A DNA stretch of 64,000 nucleotides, taken from Phyllosticta citribraziliensis. Lineage: Eukaryota. Under the pieces are notes generated by a model. The model was given only the letters and a program-made list of their open reading frames with translations. It was not told the DNA's origin and ran no database searches. The stretch lies in NCBI RefSeq assembly GCF_038025025.1, contig NW_027117340.1, forward strand, positions 2,108,001 through 2,172,000, read 5' to 3'. Shown piece by piece: positions 1-12,843 of this stretch. Numbering within the stretch: position 1 is the first letter of the stretch; the number at the start of each line of letters is the position of its first letter. Position numbers and translations under genes: made by a program.

Positions 1-33
1 AGAGAAAGAGAGAGGGCAGTCCAGTGAGGTGGT

Positions 34-80
34 GGGCAGGGCAGGGCAGGGCAGGGCAGGGCAGGGCAGGGCAGGGCAGG
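34..80 (+). repeat. (GGGCA)9 microsatellite; G16 tract follows at 119-134
   Basis: Perfect tandem GGGCA units read directly from the sequence. Confidence 0.95.
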
Positions 81-1334
81 CGCCTGCACACCCAACCCAC
101 CACGGACTGAGGGAGAGAGGGGGGGGGGGGGGGGAAACTCGAATGGCAGTGCGCCGGAACGCGCTCCGAATGGCTGCGCCGAGAAGGACCATGGCATTCT
201 TTATTTGCCATGGGGGAAAAAAGAGTGGGAAACGGGCAAATTGCATCTGCCTCTGCGGAATGCCCCGTCGGCGTCACCACCTCCGGCCACAGCACCTTCC
301 TAAGGTCAGCGTCATCACAGGGGGCATGCGATGCGCTCCTCTCTCTTCATTGCTTCGGTCTGCTCTTCCGCTCTCTCTCGCTCTCTCTCCCGGTCACCGC
401 CCGCCCGCTCCCGTTTGGCCATTACCGTGCCGCCAGCCATGCTGGTGCTGGACCTGGAGCTGGACCTGCTGAGCCTCCACTCGACCTCCATTCATGCCAC
501 GACGTGGGCGGACCAGAGACGCAAACACACCCGGCGCTACTTTGCTCAACCCAGTTGACTCGCACAAGCCACGCGCTACGACGTCACAGTGGAGGTCAGT
601 TTGCATGCATTGTGTCAGTTACCACCACTGCTTCGACGGAAAAACAGGTCCTGGCCCTATGATGCAACCCTCTGCCTTCACTTCTCGGCCATCCCCCCGG
701 CCTGCACCTGTGCCATTGGTGTGCGATTGGTAAGCGACGGGAGCCGACGACGCCAACGGCCATCGCAGAAGTGTTCCTCTCGTCGCCACCGTCCTTCCTC
801 AATGCCTGCCAACCAGCCATCAACCCCTCCCGAAGGCCGCCGTGTGTCTCTGTCGTGAATGCAGGTAGGTATTCTCAGGCCCGACAACGTCAGCGCGCAT
901 TTGAATGATATCAGCGGTAGAGGTAGAGAAGCTTCAGACACGGTCCTACATGTAGAAAACCACCGCCGTGGAAAAGTGTAAATGTCTTGCACTGTCGTGT
1001 CGTTGATGCCCTGTTGCCCTGGTTCTGAAACGACCCAAGGAACATGAAGCCCAGGGGAGCCGGAGCCCGAGGGCCCCGACCGGGACCGCTGGAGATCGTC
1101 ACGTGCAGAGAACCCTGAATCACCTGCAGGTCCCTCTCCCTCCACCCACTCCGCCAATCCTCTCCTCGCCGCCTGGCCCGACCGACTCCCGACTTTGCTG
1201 CACAGCCGAACCTAACGCCACCTGCGGTCCGTCCTTTCCTCTTTGCGCTCGCGACCCCGTCAAGGCCCCGCCGATCCCTCCTCCAGCCTGTCCTCCGCGA
1301 GCCCATCACCACATCTACTGCCTCGCCGCCTCAC

Positions 1335-2128
1335 ATGTCGACCGGCATCCTCACCACCGCGACGCCTGGCTTTCCCGCTTCCGCAAACCAGAATGGCCAT
1401 GCCCTGTCGTGTCCTTCCTGCGGCACTTCTGTCGCCGACCTAGCCGACGCCTACCCCGACTATGCCCGTCAGCGCATTGCCGAGCTCGAGGGCCAGGTGA
1501 GGCTGTTGACCGAAAAAGCCTCGTCGGCAGGTACGGCGCCCAACCGCTGCAAAACCCACGAGCCACTTGCATCTCCGCTAACCTGGTTGCAGCTGACAAG
1601 CTTGCCGACTATGAAGACGAACTACGCCGCTTGAAAGCTCGCCAGTCCTCTGGCGCCGCCTCCGACACCGCCGACGACACTAGGCCCCATACTGCAAACT
1701 CTCAGGGAAGAGGCTCGCGTCTATCCAACCTCCTCTCACGCCGAAAGTCGTCGTCCGCCCTTCACGCTCCGCCTCCTCCGCTCCCGACAACCACTCCACC
1801 CGTCCCTCCAAATCCCCCGGTGCTACCGCCCATCAAACATATTGACGAGGAGCTTCGCGAGACCCGGGAAGCCCTCGAGAAGGAGCGGGCCATGCGCGCA
1901 GAGGCTGAATCCAAGGTTGCCAAGCAGGATGCCGATGTCGAAGAACTGACCGCTACCCTCTTTCAAACCGCCAACGAAATGGTTGCCACCGAGCGAAAGG
2001 CCAAGGCAAAGTTGCAGGAGCGTGTAGACATATTGGAAAAGCGGGATCAGGAGAAGAAGATGCGCCTCCAGCGACTCGAGGGCGCCGTGCAGCGCATCGA
2101 CAGGATCCACGGACTCTTGGCCTCCTGA
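1335..2128 (+). CDS. Sec2 N-terminal (Rab GEF coiled-coil) domain protein, about 243 aa, 2 exons
   Basis: ATG 1335; intron 1531-1592 (GTACGG...CTAAC...CAG) joins to the frame ending at TGA 2128. Sec2-type motif VEELTATLFQTANEMVATERK lies within a coiled coil. Confidence 0.8.
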
Positions 2129-4408
2129 GCTCCTGTCTCATCTCAAGACAACTCCTGGGAAATTGCCTTGGTTTCGATACCCACTAAGCGTCCGTCTTTG
2201 CCCTCTGAATGTGTAATTTTCAGGGCACATCGACATGAATCATGCCACGTTGTCCTGCGCGCTCCCCAGTCGCACAGCCGAGGGAGCCACGCCACGAGAT
2301 TGCCATGCTTTGATGATTCTACAAAATCAAGCGACTTTGATATCAGCAAAGCCTTCTACTCCAACTTCGCAACTATCTGCGGGGTATCAAACAGCTTCAC
2401 AGCCGTAGTTGAGCTTTTGTTGAGGATGCCCAAAAAGCAGCATCCGCGCGCTCGGACGGGGGTTGGCCAGGAATGGCTTGTGCGGTCGGAATGCGCCTCC
2501 AAATCACAATGGCCATGCCTGTCTCCTTGGATACGGTCTAAGGGATCGCAGGGACTGCAGGGAAAGATCTGGACCCCTACCGACCACGAGTCCTGACATG
2601 CACGAATCTTGGTTATCGAGGGATGGTAAACGGGACCCTGGAATTGCTTCTCGCCGTTGGCAACTCAGCACAACAGCCTTGGATTTCAAAAGGCTGCCTT
2701 GATCCAGTGGGATTGAGCTGCGCTGATCGTCACTTCGTCTTGGGGTTTTGCGAAAGCAGAGTTGTCCTGGCACTATGCGTTTTGATTGCGCTACTTCAAA
2801 TGCCACGTCTTTTATCCTATGCGCTTGCCCTTTGGTCTCGCGTCAATGTATTAACGGGTGACGGACTGGCAACAAAAGGATTACTCGGCGCCTTGGGCTC
2901 CAACGACCTATCTCAATACGGCAGCGAAATACCTTGACCCCATGGTTGTCAAGGAGGTAGCAGAGGCAGGGGAAAATACCCCGGGGATGTTCGCTTCTAC
3001 ACTGGGCGACACTGACTTCAATGATACACAGAATCCAGACTGCTTCGCCTACACTGTTCGACTGCCGCTGGGATTGGGTATGTATATATGTGTTTTGAGC
3101 AATGGTGAGTATGATGGCACAACGCTGCCCGCCTGCTTGCCTGTCTGCCTTTTCCTCTGGTTCCCCTGGGTCTTTCGCTGGCATTCTGGCTGACGGGTCT
3201 CCTACTGCCCTCTTTTACTTTTAAGTCTCCCCCTAACAACAGTAAACCACGGCCCATAAACGAACAAGAGGGAGAGCGAGAGGTGCGACGCAAGGTGCGT
3301 GTCAGGCGCCGAATCTGACCGACTCCTCGTCACCGCGAACGTCTTCTCTTGGCTTGTCTGTGCCCCTCGGATCGTGCAATACATCCGGCAGCATTCGGTC
3401 GTCCTGGGATCTGAAAATGGGGCTTCCCTGAACTGCATGTGAATTGACGCGTCCACTAACTACCTCGCTTGCCCCACCCCCATTGCAATGAAGCAAGCTA
3501 GCTGGCTGACTCGCCGGGGCATGTTGAGCCGCGTACCTGGATATCTCTCAACGAGAACATGCCAGAGGCTCCTCCTTTACCGCTGCTCTTCTGTCCGGCG
3601 CGCTCGATGTCTGGTAAAGCAGCAAGCAGAAAACTGCGTGGAAGATGCCGCGTGTCCAGTCTGTTCTTCGGCCCTTGCTACGCACAACCTCAGGTGGGCG
3701 GGAAGAACGGGAAAGGACAATATGAGATGAGGTGGATGCAGGATTGCAAGTCGCAGGAGCTGTTGTCCATCATTGCAGCTCCTCCGACCCAGAGTCTCAT
3801 GCTTAAGTACCTATCTTTCAGCACACACCGGCGGTCGGGGTCGTCTCTTTGGGGTGTGGGCAGGTGAGTGCCGCAACCTTCACCCTTTTTCATTGGATTT
3901 TCTTTCCTCACTTTGCGTAGGCAACACTCACTCATGTCCCTCATATAATCGTACGGCGAACTCATTACTAGTCAGATCCCAACATCAAGAACGTCGTTGA
4001 ACCTACTTCTCATTTATATCGACTGCCGAAGCGGCGGCGGCGAAGCCAAGGCAGGAAGGAGGTATCTAAACGATCGGCGTGGTCTAAAAAGAAAAGGAAA
4101 GGAGAATCGGCTCGTTTTGAGACGGGAAAAATTTGGCTACGACGACAGCGACGGAGATGACGACAAGAGAAAAGGGATATCCAGCTGTCAGAACCAGAGA
4201 GCAAGAGAACAAGAGCACAAAGAGGGAAAAAGAGACAAAACGCCAGGGGAGAGAGAGAGGAAAGGAAACAAAGACGATCAGATTGACGCCAATTCGCCGC
4301 AGCCGCCATCACCGCCCACAACGCCGTTCTTCCGCATCTACCGGTACTTCTCGTATGTGCAACGCCATGGGAAAAGGAATGTACAAGCAGAAAAGCCTCC
4401 TCTCCTCG

Positions 4409-6052
4409 TTACCGCACAGCCCTCACCACAGCCTGAAAGACACTGCGCTCCTTCGCCCGAAGCACTTTCTCCAACTGCGCCAACACAGCCGAATGAGTCA
4501 AGTTCTCAGCATCGCCGCCACCACCGCCAACTCCGCGCCCGCTGCCACCATCGCCGCCGGCGCAGGTGTTGCCATCGTCATTCGACGCCGGCGCAGCAGC
4601 GGCGCGCTCGTCAAAGGCGCGCCCGCACTCGCGCAGCGCGTCCGCCATGGCGTCCACGAGCGTGCGCACGCGCGCCAGCTCCGTGAAGATGATCTGCATG
4701 CGCGACTTGGCGTCGCTGCTCATCGACATCAGGGGATTCGAAGTCGTCGGAGCCGGCCGCGGCACCGACGGCGGCAGCGGCCCGTAGCCCGCTCCGCAGT
4801 GGAGCATGCCTGGTGCGGATGGAGCGGTTTGGGCACCGTGCGTGGTCGTGGTCGCGTCGATCCCGAGACCTGACAGCGCGGCGAGTGCGGGGGCGATGGT
4901 GTTTGTCGTGGTGGTGTTGGGGAGAGAAGTCGAGGCAGGATGGGGAGGCGGCGTTGTCGTGGTGCTGCTGCTTGCGCTGCTGCTGGGGCTGTTGTCGCTG
5001 CTGCCACTGCTGCCGTGATCGCTGGCGAAGGACCGCAGCACGCTGTGGTAGCTGGCAATGAGGGAGATGGTGAGGATGGTCAAGATGTGCGGAGTGCGCA
5101 TTTCTTGCATGCAGAGCCCGCACTGCAATATTTGCGCGATCGAGTCGACAATCGTCTTATTACGGACCAGGATGCGGATTTCCAGTGGCACACCAGATCC
5201 CCCTTCCGGTGGCGTCGAGTTGACCTGGGCCATCATCTCCAGCGCCTGTGCCATGCAGTCGTGCGGCAGCGTTGACTCGTTTGTCCGCGGCGTGCCGACG
5301 CTCGTGCTGCAACTCGACATGGCAGATGGCGAGCCGTGGGAATAGGCGTCCGTCTGCCACTGCTGCTGCTCTTGTTGATGCAGTTGTCCGAGTGCCGTCA
5401 TGCTATCGTTGTCGTTGCCCAGCATGGCGATATCCATGTCGTCCATGGCCCCCATGGAGACAGCTCCGTCGCCGCCGACGTATCCTGAAAGATCCGCGAA
5501 TGCTCCAATTCCAGCGCAGTCGAGATTCATGGAATCGTTCCCAAAGGTGGTAGGAGGGGGATCGCAGGCGGGAAAGAAGTCGGGCTGCGCTGGTGGAATG
5601 TATGGCATTGCAAAGATATCTTGCGGAAACAGGCCTGGAAACGTGCCATTTCCCATACCGCTAACGCCGGCGGAACTCCAGACGTTATCATTCCATGGAA
5701 TTGTTGGCGAAGGCGTGCGCAGTTTCTGGTCTGTTGGCGGGAAGTGGTGATACGAGGTCCGTTTCTGGCTGCCAGGAAAGCTGCTCTTCTGGTCGTCATG
5801 CATTCGCTCTGGCGATTTTCGAGGAGAGCCGGCACTCGAAGTCTTCTTTGTGCTGCTGATGCTGCCGCCAGTGGTCCTCTGTTTGCCTTTGCGCATCGAC
5901 GGGCTGTAATCACAACGCAACGACTTGGTGGCACAGCGAGCGCAAATGGGCTTGTCTCGCGTGCAGCGCACCTTGGCCTGGGCACACGAGTTGCAGCTGT
6001 CGCGGAGGCGCTCAGGCCGCTTGGGTGGATCCGCACGGCTTGAAGTGTGCAT
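4409..6052 (-). CDS. Zn(II)2Cys6 transcription factor, AflR-like
   Basis: RDSCNSCAQAKVRCTRDKPICARCATKSLRCDYS binuclear cluster. AflR-type C-terminal blocks NKTIVDSIAQILQC and QIIFTELARVRTLV. First ATG at 6052; no intron needed. Confidence 0.85.
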   Translation of the reverse strand: MHTSSRADPPKRPERLRDSCNSCAQAKVRCTRDKPICARCATKSLRCDYSPSMRKGKQRTTGGSISSTKKTSSAGSPRKSPERMHDDQKSSFPGSQKRTSYHHFPPTDQKLRTPSPTIPWNDNVWSSAGVSGMGNGTFPGLFPQDIFAMPYIPPAQPDFFPACDPPPTTFGNDSMNLDCAGIGAFADLSGYVGGDGAVSMGAMDDMDIAMLGNDNDSMTALGQLHQQEQQQWQTDAYSHGSPSAMSSCSTSVGTPRTNESTLPHDCMAQALEMMAQVNSTPPEGGSGVPLEIRILVRNKTIVDSIAQILQCGLCMQEMRTPHILTILTISLIASYHSVLRSFASDHGSSGSSDNSPSSSASSSTTTTPPPHPASTSLPNTTTTNTIAPALAALSGLGIDATTTTHGAQTAPSAPGMLHCGAGYGPLPPSVPRPAPTTSNPLMSMSSDAKSRMQIIFTELARVRTLVDAMADALRECGRAFDERAAAAPASNDDGNTCAGGDGGSGRGVGGGGGDAENLTHSAVLAQLEKVLRAKERSVFQAVVRAVR

Positions 6053-6610
6053 CGTGGAGGCAGATTGTGGGGATGGTCGCGAGGAAGAGGACAGGTGGTA
6101 TGGAAACGGTAGCACCTCCGTTCAAAGCTGATGCCAAATGGCTGAATTGAAGAGAATAGAGTCCAGACCGGGCCTCCTGAGCACGACTAGCCGGCCTTTA
6201 AGACGATTCGAATCCATCGGGACAGGCTCGCGTGGGATGCGGAGGGTCGGTGGGCGTACGGGAGGTGAGCTTGAGGCTGATGCCTTGGTTAGCCAGGGCA
6301 GTAAAGCACGCGTGGAGGGCCCCCACCAGCGACAGGCCCTTGGGGATCGCCATGCAGGGATTTCCGATCATGCAATGGCGAGGTGGTGGTTGTAGTGGTT
6401 GTGAAGGAGAGGTCCAAGTGTCCGGCAGGTCAGCGCTAGGATTGGGCAGGGCACGAAGCATGCCTCGTCGAAGGAACCGCAGCTAAGCTTTAGGTTGGCA
6501 GGCCGGCGCCGCTGAGGTAACGGCGCTGGAGTCTGGGGCTAGAAGAGGCATGCGGCGCGAGTAGAGGCGCCAACGGGGCTGCGCTGCGGGCCGCTCCTGA
6601 AATAAACTGC

Positions 6611-6633
6611 CTGCCCTGCCCTGCCCTGCCCTG
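6611..6633 (-). repeat. (GGGCA)4 tract on the minus strand, upstream of the AflR-like gene
   Basis: ctgccctgccctgccctgccctg on the + strand. Confidence 0.85.
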
Positions 6634-9475
6634 TACCCACACCGCTCCACCGCACCTTGGGGCCAACCCACGCCTTTGGGTGCCATCCTCTGCACCTCTG
6701 CATCTTTTTCCTCTTCCGGATCCTTGCTGAAACATTCCAGTTGGTTCCTCATCCTCTGGCTGCGGACCAGCACCACCACCTTCATGACTCGACTACCACC
6801 TGGCCCAGGGACGTTGGTATCCTCCTCACACCATCTACAACCTCCTTCGCTGCACCGTTTAGTCGCCGACCATGGGGTCCAAATGACTTCATCAGGAATC
6901 AAGGGATCCAATCGACGACGTCTTGCAGCCAGCTAAGCTTTTGCTCTGCGAGGGCCGCTTTGCCGAATGAAGATTTGTCGTCTCACCAAATGTGCTTGAC
7001 GAAGCTTCTCCTCGCCTTGGTGCTCCTCATAGTCTGGGCAAGCATCGAGATGCGGCTCATCCACCCACCTCTGCCGCATCCAATTGCGCCTGATGAGAGC
7101 TCGTGTTGGATGCTCCCTAGTCCTGCACGTGGCTTTCAGGTTGCCCACCAGCGGAAATACTCGACAAGACATGGAAAGTCGCGCCTTCGGCCTCTTCTGA
7201 GACCGAATCAAGCCAACGGAGGAACCACCGACGTCATTGTCTCATCTCCTTTTGGTTGGCTGAACGGGCAAATGTGGTCTACTGCAATCTGCATCGAGGG
7301 AAACTGGTTGGTCTGTTATCTACTCGTTTCAGAAGCATACGGCAACCGTTGCGAGCCGATCACCACTGTTCCGTCAGAGTTGTGTAACGACAACATCGTG
7401 TTGAGCGCAACCGGCATATTCAAAAGAAACCAAAGGCACCAGTGCCGCAGCCGCGTTCTCACAGACCCCAGAGCTCGGGGCTTCCGCTTTTCCTCCAAAA
7501 CCCATGGCACCAAACCCGCATCCGTACTGCGACAAGATGTGGAAACAGCCAGGCAGAAACGAGGTTTTTTGCTTATTCTGTCAGATGGTGGGTGTCTTGG
7601 ACTGACAACCTTCCGCACAATTCTTCTATTCGGCAATTGGCTCGTACCACAAAGCTCGGAGTTTTGGAGTCGCATGCAACCGTTGTCAAATTTCCTGGTG
7701 ATGATTGCATACGGCACTGCACTTGCCACCAACAAACTTCATAGCAAGGGCTGCGTCGGTATCAGCGCTGGTATTCGGTCCTGACCTGGTTCAAAAATGA
7801 CCTATTTTGAAAGTTTGGCCCTGGTATACGTCATTGGCATTCCTGAATGCAGAAAACGCCTTGCCAGGGATGCTCCATTTGTGCAATTCAAGAACATAAT
7901 CAACTAGTGCTGACAAGATTAGATGGGGACCGCCAGACAATAAGGGCAATGATCATTTTCCGCCCCACTGCAACCTCCATACCAGCATGGCTTACTGCAG
8001 CAAACAGAAACACCTATTCTATTATCAACATCAACGCCTATCCCGCTCTACTGCTTGCTCTTTCACTCCAGGTGGAGTCTGTTGGGATCCATAGAAACGC
8101 ACTCACCTCTACATCCCCGAGGCTGTCTCGACACAAGGGTGCTAAACCCGAAACCGAACCCGATGAAAAGGGTCTGCCGGTCTTGTCATTGTTTTTTTTT
8201 TTTTTTTTTCTTTTCTATCAACATCGAAGACATCTCTCTGGCGTCCACTTGAGTGCCCGCAACCTCGCCCGGGCACTCTTCACATGTACCTGGGGCTGGC
8301 TGGGGTTTGAGCAATAATTTGAACCAATCAAATGCCTCCGTGACAGAAGAAAGAACAAAAAGCAACAGAAAAAGCACGATTAGTGGCCACAGGTCACCCA
8401 CAGCCAAGTCAGCCCAGCCCTACCCTACGTTCCGAATCCCGACACCGACTCCATCTGCGTCACGTCACGCCAGCCCCGACAGCCATCTTCGCACCACCGA
8501 ATACCGAGCCGATGGAGCCCTGCCTTGACTTGGACCCCGAGTGACAGGCAAATGTCGACGACTCGTGCTGTTCTTTTGGCTTACCTGCCTTTCCGTATCC
8601 ACATCCTGTTCTGAATGGCGTGCTACGACCCTTGAAACGGCGTGCACCGCAGTGGTAAAGGCCAGCCAGCCACTGTCGTAATCCCTCCCCTCGCTCGGCA
8701 CTGCAGGTCCGCTTCCCCGGACGGCGTGGTGATGGCGATACAATACCCGCTCCTGAAGGCGCTGTCAAATTTTTCGCGTGTCCGTGTCCTCCGAAGCGCC
8801 GTCCGAGCCTTGGTAGAGCCGGGGCACAGCATTTCAAGCCACTATTCCATATGAGGTGCGTTCGCGGTTCATGAGGGTTGTTACATCAACGCCGTTCTTT
8901 TTATTTTGTTTGTTTGCTTCCAATCGCCTTCAGAACCGACACAAGCGGGTAAGACTTGCAGAGGGGCGATAACGACTGTCCAATCGTTCGAGAGCCTCGA
9001 CGTTTTGAATTATCTTTGCTTCGGCACTCATTTCGGCCTCTGTTTGATTGTCTGCCTAGCCCTTCCCCGCCACGTGGGAGGTGCCTTGTGTGCTACAGTC
9101 GCTGCTACAACTCTCCGCCTACTACAGCTGACTGTGAGAATGGGCAAAACACCACCACCTCATCTCTCATCTTGCATCAGGGCTGGGCAAGCGCTGGTGC
9201 TTCCGTGCCACATGAGGCGCTGTCAACGACACCGCTCTTTCACTTGGGTTGTGAGGTGGAAGCCTCCGAACAACGCCAAACTCGAGAGTAGTGTCTTGTT
9301 GCGCATGGCTTGGAGTAGACTCATCGTGGCTTAACAGACGGACGCCACAGGAAAATTGAAGTGTTGAATGCAGAGCCGCAAGCCAAGGAAAGTTGCTGGC
9401 CTGCTGCCTCGCAGAGCTTGTCAGTCTCCGGATTGGGCTGTATCTGCCGATCGACATCAATTTACTTTCGCCCGT

Positions 9476-9515
9476 CTCGCCTCGCCTCGCCTCGCCTTGT
9501 CTCGTCTCGTCTCGT
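9476..9515. repeat. (CTCGC)n/(CTCGT)n compound microsatellite
   Basis: Directly visible pentamer run. Confidence 0.85.
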
Positions 9516-10958
9516 TTGCCATGTCGGCTTCATCGCGTCTTGCAATTCTGGCCGTAGCTGCTCAAATACGCCTCGTACCACCGCGCTAGAAGATAAGTAC
9601 ACAGTCCCAAGTGTAGTGAGAGACCAGAGCGGGCGACTCTTAGCCTTGAATCGCCTTAGATTCCGTAAAATATCTGTCCAGATACTAAATTCCAATGTTA
9701 TCCCAAGAGAGGATTCCCCAGCCAGTTTGCGAGCATTAACGTGGTCCCTCTCTGGGCCAGACCAATCGCCCACATGCCGACAAGCCATCCACGACGACGA
9801 TCATCTTTCCCGATTCAGCTCGTCCCGTCTCGACAGCGACCGTTCCCATCAGCACAAAATAACTGCCGAACAAACTCACACTAAATGGGTAGGTACTCCG
9901 CAGCGAGGCCCATGATCATCTTCTAGCTGGTCCTTGTTGCCCTGCACGAAGCTTCTGCAGTTTCTACCATCGAACTTTATTTCGGTTCGCGAATCCACCC
10001 ATCCGCCCATTCATCCTTACTCTCTCCCTTATCGTCCCAATCTGGCAGCCAACACACGATACATCAGAACTTTGTCCAAACACCACCCCACGCCCATATC
10101 AACTCCACCTCCACCCGTCCACCCTGTCCACGTCCAAACCCGCGGCCCCTCGCCTCGTGCCACACACATCCCGCAAAGCTTGACACAGCTTGACACAGCA
10201 CCTGTCCCACACCCACACCGGTAAAGCCCTGCACAAGCATTGGATGGATAGGCTTTTATTTCCCTATTCTACAGTACTGACTTGGTGACTTGGTGACGTC
10301 TCAACCGCGCCGGGCATCTCGTCTCGAGGCCGGACCTGAGTGGCTGGTTCGGGTCGGACGGAATTGAGCGATGGGCACGAGCGCCGGATACTCGCTCGTG
10401 CAAGTCTCTGTCGTTCGAGATGAGTAGGCGTTTTGGCGTTTTGGTGAGGGCGGTTGCTGGGCTCCTTTCTGGGTGAGTGGTCGGCGGCACATCTCTTCTA
10501 TCCCCTCCCACGCCGCTGGCTTTTGCTTTACCTTCCGTTCCTCTGCTATCAGCTCGCTCGGTTACTTGTCTCGACAAGCCAAATCACACCAAGACCTCCG
10601 CTAGTCATTCGCCGTAAGTGTTCTCTTTTTGGCTTCCGGCTTATGTTTGCTTGAATTTTCTTGCCTCTTGACGCATGCAAAGTACACCATGGAGGTGCTC
10701 TTGGCTCCCGCTTTTCGTCGGGCTTTGTCACATCTGTTTGCTATCTAGAGAGGCAAAGTGCGGCTGTGGGACATGTGAATGTGTGTTTTTGAGGATTGCG
10801 GGTAACGGCGTTCACATCCAGATATGAATCAAGTTTTTGATACCAAGCAAGAGCGCTGTTACGTGCGATACGCTATTTGGAGTATAAAACGGGCTATGAA
10901 TCAAAAAAGATGAACAGGGAGGAAATGAGGACTTTGGGCTTTTTCTGTTTCTTTTTGG

Positions 10959-11875
10959 TTACCACGCACCCACTATACCCGCGATCGGAATGTCGATGCC
11001 AGTCGTATAACTTGCCACGTCGCTGAGCAGATAGACGTACGCGCCACCCAGCTCCTGCGGCAAGGCGAGGCGGGGCATGCCGCCATAGTACTGCATCTTG
11101 AGGTTCCAATCGGGGCTCCGCTCGACGTAGTAGGTCATTGCCGTCCGCACAAAGCCCGGCGAGATGCTGTTGACGCGGATGCCATGCTTGGCCCACTCCA
11201 TGGCGAGCGTGTGCGTCATGTTGCGAACGGCGGCCTTTGTGCCACCATAGGGAGCCGACGGCGCGGCCCGGTTTGGTCGGTACGACGTCATGGATGCGGT
11301 GAAGACGATGGAGCCCTTGACGCCGAGCTTGATGAACTTGCGCGCCGCAATCTGCGCGCACGAGAACGACGCGAAGACGTTGAGCTTGAACAGCTGCTCG
11401 ACTTGCTCGCGCGTGAATTCCAGCCCCGGCTGGTGCTTGGTCATGCCGGCGTTGGCAATCATGCCGTGCAGCGAGCCTTCGGATTCGATGATGGCGTCGA
11501 GCGCGGCTTCGATCGAGGGCTCGTCCGTCACGTCGGTGTGGATGAATTTGAGGTTGTCATGGTGCTTTTGGAGCGCGTGGAAGTCTTCTCCCGGCTCTGA
11601 TATGTCGAGCGAGTAGACGACTTTGGCCGAGTTGGCGAGGCAGACTTCGGCGATTCCCAGGCCGATTCCGCGGTTAGCCTAGGATGGTCAGCGTGACTGT
11701 TGTTTGCACGCCATTGGACGGATCTACTTACACCGGTAATGGCAATGACCTTGTCCTTTAATGTTATTTGCCAGTTCATATTTGGGGGAGGTTGAGTGCT
11801 GAGGTAGGCAGGCATGGCGGAGCCCTCTCCTTGAAGCACTTCCTGGCTAGTGCTGGTTCCGTTGGTCGAGCTCAT
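10959..11875 (-). CDS. Short-chain dehydrogenase/reductase, polyol/ketose reductase-like, 2 exons
   Basis: Intron 11731-11679 (GTAAGT...GCTGAC...TAG) restores the TGANRGIG Rossmann motif. NAG, catalytic YGGTK and IRVNSISPG are present. Confidence 0.92.
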
Positions 11876-12843
11876 GGTTGGAAGCAGTATGTCGAATGTA
11901 GATCAGTCTGGGTAGGTGGGAGGAAGGATGGATTGATGGAGATTGGGTAGGAGAAGACGAGTTTAAGTGCACACTTGGAGCTTCTTGAACAAACAGCTGG
12001 TCCGCACCCGAACTGGGCTCTCCGCATCCAAATTGTGGGCCGAGGGCACGTCAAGCAAGACGGCGGCGGTGCGGGACGGTCGGTAGGATGCATCAGTGAG
12101 TTTCAGACGCCGTAACGGGAAAGCTCGTGGCGAGGAAGTGGAATAATGGGTGAGGGGTGAGCTGTTTGGAGGGTCAAGGTGGCCCCGAGACGAGACGCGG
12201 AGCTTGTGTGGACCTCGAATCGAGGCTAGCGCGACAGCTTAAGGTAGGTCATCCCACCCGTTTCGACACGTGCCCCCAGAGCTGAGTTGCGAGAGCCATG
12301 CACTAGTATTTATTTAATCTTGGTCTCCCCTTGCTCTTTCGCAACATCTCTTGCCCTGCAGCTCAGATCAGCTTGCGCTGTTCTGGGCTCAACCTGACCT
12401 CATCGACGGTTCTTGAACATCCGACCGGGAATGCTTCGACACCATCACGTGTTCTGCGGCTCCCTTCTGCTTGAAGTCCTGGCGCTGACAACTCTCCTTT
12501 CGTTCCTTAGACACACCCTCCTCTTCAGTGGCTCTGGATGCCAGCTCATGCCGCTGCGCCTCAACTTCTTCGCCCTCCCTTTTTCTGTGCCATCGTGTTT
12601 TCATTTGCTCGGTCTTTCTACCGCGCGCGCGCGCCAATGCTAAGAGTCGCCATGTCGCTCAAAGTTAGTTCGAAACGGATTCCTTGTCTTCCGGTAGCCA
12701 CATGGTCAAAGCCGCGGTTCTTTTCTTCCATCTCTGCAACTCTGCTTTTGACATGATCTTCACTCTGTCTCCATGGATTTCTTCAAATCTTATTCCTCCG
12801 TTTTCTAGTCAAAACCCCCGAAGGACTTTCGAACGCGTGCACC

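Noticed and set aside
2623..3193. Overlapping short ORFs with a protein-like stretch (DWQQKDYSAPWAPTTYL...)
   Set aside because: No consistent start or splice model and no recognisable family; it could be a fragment but cannot be supported.
3997..4873. 229-aa and 246-aa + strand ORFs
   Set aside because: Antisense shadows of the GC-rich AflR-like CDS and its purine-rich 3' region; Arg-rich with no motifs.
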